A DNA stretch of 64,000 nt from NCBI GenBank assembly GCA_964016885.1, contig OZ024748.1, forward strand, positions 45,570,001-45,634,000, written 5' to 3'. A program made the position numbers and the translations under genes. The notes below the pieces were generated by a model. It did not search any database. It saw only the letters and a program-made list of their open reading frames with translations, and was not told the origin of the DNA. This DNA comes from Eledone cirrhosa. Taxonomy: Eukaryota. Within the stretch, counting starts at the first letter, position 1; every line of letters begins with the position of its first letter. Below, one piece after another: positions 57,601 through 64,000 of the stretch.

Positions 57601-58430
57601 TAGGATGTCAACCGAATCTTGTCCTAGCCCGTCAGCATTCATCTCCTCAGTGGCCGTATCTCTGTTCCAGGTATTATTTATCTCAGTATTCAGATCATTG
57701 TCTGCTTCGGGTGGTTCCTCCGTTCTCAGGACCTCCTCACTTTCATTTCCCGCCGGCTCGCTTGTCTGGTATACTACACCCGCCATCTCCAAGCCATTCT
57801 CTCTGCTCAGTTCCTCCAGTTCCAGCTCGCTTATCCACCCATTAGTTCTTATTACCCGAGCCTGCCCGGCCAATTTTTGTTCATCTAATTTAAATAAACC
57901 AATCTCGTTCCAGATGTTATGCATCCGTCTCCTGTAGCCCCTCTCCTTGGGGTTACTTTTCAGGTAGCATTGCATAACAGTTCTATTCAATTCTTTCGTC
58001 CAGTTGGTTCTGGCCCCTTTCCTTCTTCTTCTTCCTCCAACATCAGCAGTATTTGGTTGACAGTCAGGTTCCTGCTGCTGAGCCAGGGGGCACCTGTTGG
58101 GTGAGAGTCTGTCACATGACGTTCTAGTCTCCATTTCACCGTTATTCGAACTGTTTATGTTCGATATTTAAACACTCTTATCGAGGATTGGCGAATGTAT
58201 GTTTACATAGCCATCTGTGGATCCGCCATCCCACTTGGCCCTTGTGTGGCATTATCACCACGCTGTATACGGACACACATAAACAAACAAACACACGGGC
58301 AGAAAGGGCCCCAAAAATGAATAAGCATAAGTTTCATTGTAATGTAGTATTCGAATGTCTGACTTAGTTTTTGTTTTTTAAGTTTTACTTTTTCCCCCCT
58401 CTTCTCTGTCCGTCCGCCTGCTTCTCTCTT
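54668..58430 (-). mobile_element. R4/Dong-like non-LTR retrotransposon, apparently full length (5' boundary uncertain)
   Basis: Single long ORF, short 3' UTR, 3' junction in (TAA)n at 54609-54667. Confidence 0.92.
54742..58134 (-). CDS. Reverse transcriptase + CCHC zinc finger + restriction-like endonuclease (1130 aa)
   Basis: [87 protein letters not shown]; no interruptions. Confidence 0.95.
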   Translation of the reverse strand: METRTSCDRLSPNRCPLAQQQEPDCQPNTADVGGRRRRKGARTNWTKELNRTVMQCYLKSNPKERGYRRRMHNIWNEIGLFKLDEQKLAGQARVIRTNGWISELELEELSRENGLEMAGVVYQTSEPAGNESEEVLRTEEPPEADNDLNTEINNTWNRDTATEEMNADGLGQDSVDILNLVVDELNNDSGRPMNLRFVDRKKLKETTAKVNKVIPYLEARSLHQCNNILKATANTVRKLLGIKARGNNRQERAEPWWRKRLSGQIGEMRNDIGKLESLLNGTLKNIGTKNRLEIKYKTRSKKLNIIIEELKQRIVAKSAKIRRYENRVSQYKQNRMFDNNQKMLFGQLEGKERGNDLIPGAEQAKTFWRGIWEQDVRHNAQAGWIETVQREIGEQAQQQTDLSITVETLKGQAKKLTNWKSPGPDGVQGYWIKHLTSLHPKLTAMFNDCLVSGEVPEWLTKGTTVLIMKDRIKGNDVTNYRPITCLPVMWKLLTSIVSEEIYHHLHTNNLLPDEQKGCRKKSRGTKDQLLIYKMVMGNCRRRHTDLAMGWIDYRKAFDMVPHSWITKSLEIFRVADNIRQLLGRSMGSWETELTSTGVSLGSVKIKRGIFQGDSLSPLLFVLALMPLTIMLRKVRAGYKLGRGELTINHLLFMDDLKLFGKSEKELDVLVDTVRIFSSDICMQFGIGKCGVIVMRRGRLSRSNGIQIPTGEMIKEIDSEEGYKYLGVLEADGIKNKKMKELLRTEYIRRVRSVLKSHLNSRNAISAVNSRAVSIIRYSAGILRWNVAEQKEMDRKTRKLLTIYNMFHKRSDVDRLYLRRSEGGRGLISIEDCVQMEKNNLYKYVTYSKEPMLRAVLKEGTVGQGIPKEEITSRRKSSLKGKSLHSTFFEKTEFRDPQTWNWLRRGDLKKATEGMLMAAQEQALKTKWLKHHIYKEEASPLCRICGEREETVAHIVSECKHLAQTHYKGWRHDVMGRVIHWHLCKVNNLPHSEKWYEHRPEAVMENSQVKVLWDFRIQTDKKLEHNRPDLVVVDKEKRSCLIVDVACPFDTRVQEKEREKINRYQDLKWEVKRIWNCHEVKVIPIVIGALGTISKGFQGWLKKIGPFTLFGTLQKACLLGTARTLRYVLNI

Positions 58431-58703
58431 CATTCTTATTTTCTTTACGTTTTTGGGGTTTCTTTTTTTGTTTTTGTTTTTCTCTGTTTTTCTCGTTTTT
58501 TACTGTTGTTGCTGTGCTGCTTTTGTTGTTTGTTTTTTCTTTTTTCTTTTGAGTCTATCTATATATTTTGATGCCTTCCTCTTTGTTAGTAGTAGGAATT
58601 CTATAATGTGGAAGTGGTAGCCAGCAGAGACTGGCGGCGTTGGCGATACTGAGACAGTGGTGGTGGTGATGTCGGTACCGAGGCAGTGGTGGCGGTGATG
58701 CGA

Positions 58704-59361
58704 CCGTATTACTGTAGTGATGGTGCTGTAGCGGTGGCAGCAGCAGTGAAGGAGTCAGGGGGTGGTGGCGGCGGTGATGGGATAGTGGTGGTAATGATGG
58801 CCGTAGTGAGCGGTGGCGGTGAAGGTGAAAATGCTGTTGTGTTTAGTGTACACAGATGATGGGGTGGGTGGTGTATCCAGTTTCTGGTGTTGGTGAGTTT
58901 CGCTGTCCTATATAGTGTAGCCAGAGGAGAGGAGGGGGGGGGGGTTCTTCTTCTTCCATTTATAGCCATTTTATTTTTTTTTTGGATATACAGTGTACAA
59001 TACAAAGTTGAATATTTGAATATTTGAGCCGTATTACTGTAGTGATGGTGCTGTAGCGGTGGCAGCAGCAGTGAAGGAGTCAAGGGGTGGTGGCGGCGGT
59101 GATGGGATAGTGGTGGTAATGATGGCCGTAGTGAGCGGTGGCGGTGAAGGTGAAAATGCTGTTGTGTTTAGTGTACACAGATGATGGGGTGGGTGGTGTA
59201 TCTAGTTTCTGGTGTTGGTGAGTTTCGCTGTCCTATATAGTGTAGCCAGAGGAGAGGAGGGGGGGGGGGGGGGTTCTTCTTCTTCCATTTATAGCCATTT
59301 TATTTTTTTTTTTTGGATATACAGTGAACAATACAAAGTTGAATATTTGAATATTTGAGCC
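58704..59361. repeat. Tandem duplication of about 325 bp
   Basis: 58704-59028 is repeated at 59029-59361, differing mainly in homopolymer lengths. Confidence 0.92.
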
Positions 59362-59527
59362 TTATAACAATATATTTTGGGTCCGAATTTTTTTGGGGCT
59401 CAAGCCGGGTGCTTTACGTAACATTTGTACTAAGAGTTGTTATTTCACAAATGATTTAAATATGTTAAAAATTCAAAACTTACGGGAGCGATTTCATGAC
59501 CTCCGTCACCTCGTGCGTCTTCTTCCC

Positions 59528-59616
<89 letters not shown>

Positions 59617-59617
<1 letters not shown>

Positions 59618-60403
59618 CTTGAATCTCAGTCATTGATGTTGGTTAACTGGAAAGTCCGTTGGAATGAATATCAAGCCACTACCTGCAGCCTCAGATATTC
59701 AGGACGTATCGGAGGGTTCTTGCTGTTCCCAGCAAGCATGCCTTTTGAAGCGTTCCAAAAAGTGTGAAAGGGCCGATTTTCTTTAACCATCCCTGGAAAC
59801 TTTTCGAGATAGTCCCCAGTGCGCCTATGACAATCGGGATCACTTTGACTTCATGGCAGTTCCAAATCCTTTTTACCTCCCACTTTAAGTCCTGGTATCG
59901 GTTAATTTTCTCCCTCTCCTTCTCTTGCACTCTCGTGTCGAATGGGCAGGCCACATCCACAATCAGACACGATCTTTTTTCCTTGTCCACAGCCACCAGG
60001 TCAGGTCTATTGTGTTCCAGTTTCTTGTCCGTCTGTATCCTAAAATCCCACAGCACCTTCACCTGATCGTTCTCCATCACCGCCTCTGGCCTATGCTCAT
60101 ACCATTTCTCAGAATGTGGTAAATTGTTTACTTTGCACAGGTGCCAGTGGATCACCCTGCCCATCACATCATGTCTCCAGCCCTTATAGTGGGTCTGGGT
60201 TAGGTGTTTACACTCGGATACAATGTGAGCCACAGTCTCCTCTCTCTCTCCACAGATCTTGCACAGTGGGCTAGCCTCCTCCTTGTAAATATGGTGTTTC
60301 AACCACTTCGTTTTGAGGGCCTGCTCCTGCGCAGCCATTAACATTCCTTCTGTAGCCTTTTTGAGGTCTCCTCTTCTCAACCAGTTCCATGGCTGTGGAT
60401 CTC
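59617..60403 (-). mobile_element. 5'-truncated R4/Dong-like copy in (TAA)n
   Basis: ORF 59691-60380 matches the C-terminus of the 1130-aa ORF; TAA repeats on both sides. Confidence 0.92.
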
Positions 60404-60424
60404 AATATTATTATTATTATTATA

Positions 60425-60460
<36 letters not shown>

Positions 60461-60461
<1 letters not shown>

Positions 60462-60945
60462 TGGTGGCCATGGCGAAAGAGATAGTATGGTGGACACGTT
60501 TGAAAGGGCTGAAGACGAGCACTTACCTCTTCGGTGATGCTCTGATTGACTTTTTCAAATTTCATTTGAAAAGGAAAATCAGAGTAGAGAGGGAAGTGCT
60601 CTCTTCCCAGCATTTTGTTGAAAGATGGGTGAGAGAAGCAAGAATGGCCCGAGTGAATGGGCCTACTCTGAGTATATATCTGTAAATTAAAGGTGGAAAA
60701 CTGGGAGAGGGCACTTGCCTTGGTGGTCAGGGTCATTGTGGCTTTTTACTGGGCTTTCTCCACAAATGTCCCTCCGAAGTCTCCCCCCTATTGGGGAATT
60801 TTTCATTGTTATTTTCATTGTTATTTTTTGTTACATCCTCTGTTTTTGTTTTTTACACGCAGAAATGCCCATTTGTACCGTCCTGCATTGTCCTGCACTG
60901 TCCTTAATGTCTACTTTATGTAAACCCTTGTGGTTAATAAAGAAA

Positions 60946-60947
<2 letters not shown>
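60461..60947 (+). mobile_element. 5'-truncated Tx1 relative (family 4) inserted in (ATT)n
   Basis: VAMAKEIVWWTRLKGL..FFKFHLKRKIRVERE..ERWVREARMARVNGPTLSIYL; 3' end CCCTTGTGGTTAATAAAGAAATC followed by (ATT)n. Confidence 0.88.
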
Positions 60948-61014
<67 letters not shown>

Positions 61015-61015
61015 G

Positions 61016-61203
61016 GGTGGTTGATTGGCAGTATCGGTAGAGGGTTGAACGCCATGCTTTCTAGCATAGTTACGTCCCTTTATGATCTGAGTTCAAATTC
61101 CGCCGAGGTTAACTTTGCCTTTCATCCTTACGGGATCAATAAAATAAAGTACCAGTAATGTACTGGGTAATTGCTGGCCTTGTGCCTAAAGTGGAAACAA
61201 TTA
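61016..61203 (+). mobile_element. S1 SINE within the TAA/ATT array
   Basis: Unit match. Confidence 0.85.
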
Positions 61204-61248
61204 TTAATAATAATAACAATAATAATAATAATTATTATTATTATTGTT

Positions 61249-61506
61249 CTTTGAGTCTCAGTCATTGATGTTATTTAACTGGAAAGTTTGTTGAAATGAA
61301 TATCAAGCCACTACCTGCAGCCTCAGGTATTAGGACGTATCGGAGGGTTCTTGCTGCTCCCAGCAAGCATGCCTTTGGAAGTGTTCCAAAAAGCGGGGCG
61401 GGACCAATTTTCTTTAACCATCCTTGGAAACTCTTTGAGATAGTACCTAGTGCGCCTATGACAATCGGGACCACTTTGACTTCATGGCAGTTCCAAATCC
61501 TTTTTA

Positions 61507-61507
<1 letters not shown>
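61249..61507 (-). mobile_element. Short 3' fragment of R4/Dong-like subfamily b
   Basis: Diagnostic 3' UTR (ctttgagtctcag..ggaaagtttgttgaaatg) shared with 63690-64000. Confidence 0.85.
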
Positions 61508-61554
<47 letters not shown>

Positions 61555-61585
61555 TATTATTATTATTATTATTGTTATTATTATT

Positions 61586-63598
61586 CCTTGAATCTCAGTC
61601 ATTGATGTTGGTTAACTGGAAAGTCCGTTGGATTGAATATCAAGCCACTACCTGCAGCCTCAGATATTCAGGACGTATCGGAGGGTTCTTGCTGTTTCAA
61701 GCAAGCATGGCTTTTGAAGCGTTCCAAAAAGCGTGAAGGGGCCGATTTTCTTTAACCATCCCTGGAAACCTTTGGAGATAGTCCCCAGTGCGCCTATGAC
61801 AATCGGGATCACTTTGACTTCATGGCAGTTCCAAATCCTTTTCACCTCCCACTTTAGGTCCTGGTATCGGTTAATTTTCTCCCTCTCCTTCTCTTGCACT
61901 CTCGTGTCGAACGGGCAGGCCACATCCACAATCAGGCACGATCTTTTTTCTTTGTCCACAACCACCAGGTCAGGTCTATTGTGTTCCAGTTTTTTGTCCG
62001 TCTGTATCCTAAAATCCCACAGCACCTTCACCTGACTGTTCTCCATCACCGCCTCTGGCCTATGCTCATACCATTTCTCAGAATGTGGTAGATTGTTTAC
62101 TTTGCACAGGTGCCAGTGGATCACCCTGCCCATCACATCGTGTCTCCAGCCCTTATAGTGGGTCTGGGCTAGGTGTTTACACTCGGACACAATGTGAGCC
62201 ACAGTCTCCTCTCTCTCTCCACAGATCCTGCACAGTGGGCTAGCCTCCTCCTTGTAGATATGGTGCTTCAACCACTTCGTTTTGAGGGCCTGCTCCTGCG
62301 CAGCCATTAGCATTCCTTCTGTAGCCTTTTTGAGGTCTCCTCTTCTCAACCAGTTCCATGTCTGTGGATCTCTAAATTCAGTTTTCTCAAAGAAGGTACT
62401 ATGAAGGGATTTTCCCTTAAGGCTGCTCTTCCTCCTTGATGTTATTTCCTCCTTGGATATCCCCTGGCCTACTGTCCCCTCCTTCAGTACAGCTCTGAGC
62501 ATTGGCTCCTTACTATAGGTCACGTATTTGTATAGGTTGTTTTTCTCCATCTGAACGCAGTCCTCTATGCTGATAAGACCTCTTCCACCCTCAGATCTCC
62601 TTAGGTAGAGTCTATCGACATCACTCCTCTTGTGGAACATGTTGTAGATAGTCAATAGCTTCCTAGTCTTCCTATCCATTTCTTTTTGTTCAGCAACATT
62701 CCATCTCAGAATTCCCGCACTGTACCTAATAATAGACACAGCTCGGGAATTTACTGCGCTTATGGCATTTCTGCTGTTCAGATGTGACTTCAATACGCTC
62801 CTTACTCTCCGAATGTATTCAGTTCTTAACAATTCCTTCATTTTTTTGTTCTTTATGCCATCAGCCTCCAGAACGCCCAAATACTTGTATCCTTCCTCAG
62901 AGTCAATTTCCTTTATCATCTCACCTGTTGGTATCTGGATCCCGTTACTTCTGCTCAACCTACCCCTCTTCATCACAATGACTCCACATTTACCAATACC
63001 AAACTGCATACATATATCACTGCTGAAAATACGGACAGTGTCAACAAGCACATCCAACTCCTTCTCACTTTTCCCGAAGAGCTTAAGATCGTCCATGAAG
63101 AGGAGGTGATTGATGGTAAGCTCTCCCCTTCCCAACTTGTATCCTGCTCTCACTTTTCGCAGCATAATGGTCAAGGGCATCAGGGCAAGGACAAACAACA
63201 GAGGGGACAGGCTATCTCCCTGGAAGATACCTCTCTTGATCTTCACGCTTCCCAAGGATACTCCAGTTGATGTCAACTCTGTCTCCCAGGACCCCATACT
63301 CCTGCCCAGCAACTGTCTGATGTTATCTGCCACCCTGAAGATCTCCAGGCTTTTGGTGATCCAGGAATGAGGCACCATGTCAAATGCCTTTCTGTAGTCT
63401 ATCCATCCCATGGCAAGATCAGTGTGTCTCCTCCTGCAATTCCCCATTACCATCTTATCAATAAGCAACTGGTCCTTTGTACCACGTGACTTCTTTCGGC
63501 ATCCTTTCTGTTCGTCCGGTAACAAGTTGTTTGTGTGGAGGTGATGGTAGATTTCCTCAGACACAATGCTCGTCAACAGTTTCCACATTACGGGCAGA

Positions 63599-63600
<2 letters not shown>
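61586..63600 (-). mobile_element. 5'-truncated R4/Dong-like copy with open 642-aa frame (61660-63588)
   Basis: Near-identical to 54668-56682; (TAA)n on both sides. Confidence 0.94.
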
Positions 63601-63689
<89 letters not shown>

Positions 63690-63690
<1 letters not shown>

Positions 63691-64000
63691 TTTGAGTCTC
63701 AGTCATTGATGTTAGCCAACTGGAAAGTTTGTTGAAATGAATATCAAGCCACTATCTCCAGCCTCAGATATTCAGGACGTATCGGAGGGTTCTTGCTGTT
63801 CCCAGCAAGCATGCCTTTTGAAGCGTTCCAAAAAGCGTGGCGGGGCCAATTTTCTTTAACCATCCCTGGAAACTTTTTGAGATGGTACCTAGTGCGCCTA
63901 TGACAATCGGGACCACTTTGACTTCATGGCAGTTCCAAATCCTTTTTACCTCCCACTTTAATTCCTGGTATCGGTTAATTTTCTCCCTCTCCTTCTCTTG
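63690..64000 (-). mobile_element. 3' end of R4/Dong-like subfamily b copy, continuing beyond the window
   Basis: RLE C-terminus and 3' UTR abutting (TAA)n. Confidence 0.88.

Noticed and set aside
58200-58330. Possible HDV-like ribozyme in the R4-like 5' UTR (GGCCCTT/AAGGGCC pairing)
   Set aside because: Could not assign P3/L3, P1.1 or the catalytic J4/2 by eye; only generic hairpins are supported.
54815-63370. Plus-strand ORFs overlapping the R4-like elements (and minus-strand ORFs over the Tx1 copies)
   Set aside because: Antisense shadows of RT coding sequence with no recognisable motifs.

Overview
Eukaryotic, AT-rich, microsatellite-dense DNA with no recognisable host protein-coding gene. 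The SINE and microsatellite content suggests a cephalopod such as octopus (inference). The window is dominated by retroelements sorted by microsatellite. (1) Tx1-clade LINEs (APE endonuclease + RT) sit on + and nearly all end in (CTAT)n, including a tandem array at 28.8-39.2 kb; one relative sits in (ATT)n instead. (2) R4/Dong-like RLE retrotransposons sit on - in (TAA)n arrays at 52-64 kb, one with an uninterrupted 1130-aa ORF. (3) Many short Penelope-like (PLE) remnants lie in (TA)n. Many are fold-back palindromes carrying type I hammerhead ribozyme motifs, and they share a GAGYRCT motif about 40-65 nt from the 3' end. A GIY-YIG-coding PLE fragment at 44.4-45.8 kb has the same architecture, and one PLE-like unit carries a tRNA-like cloverleaf. 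Also present: many tRNA-derived SINEs, RTE fragments, a non-autonomous Helitron and a Tc1/mariner-type MITE. Coordinates were read by eye and may be off by a few bases.
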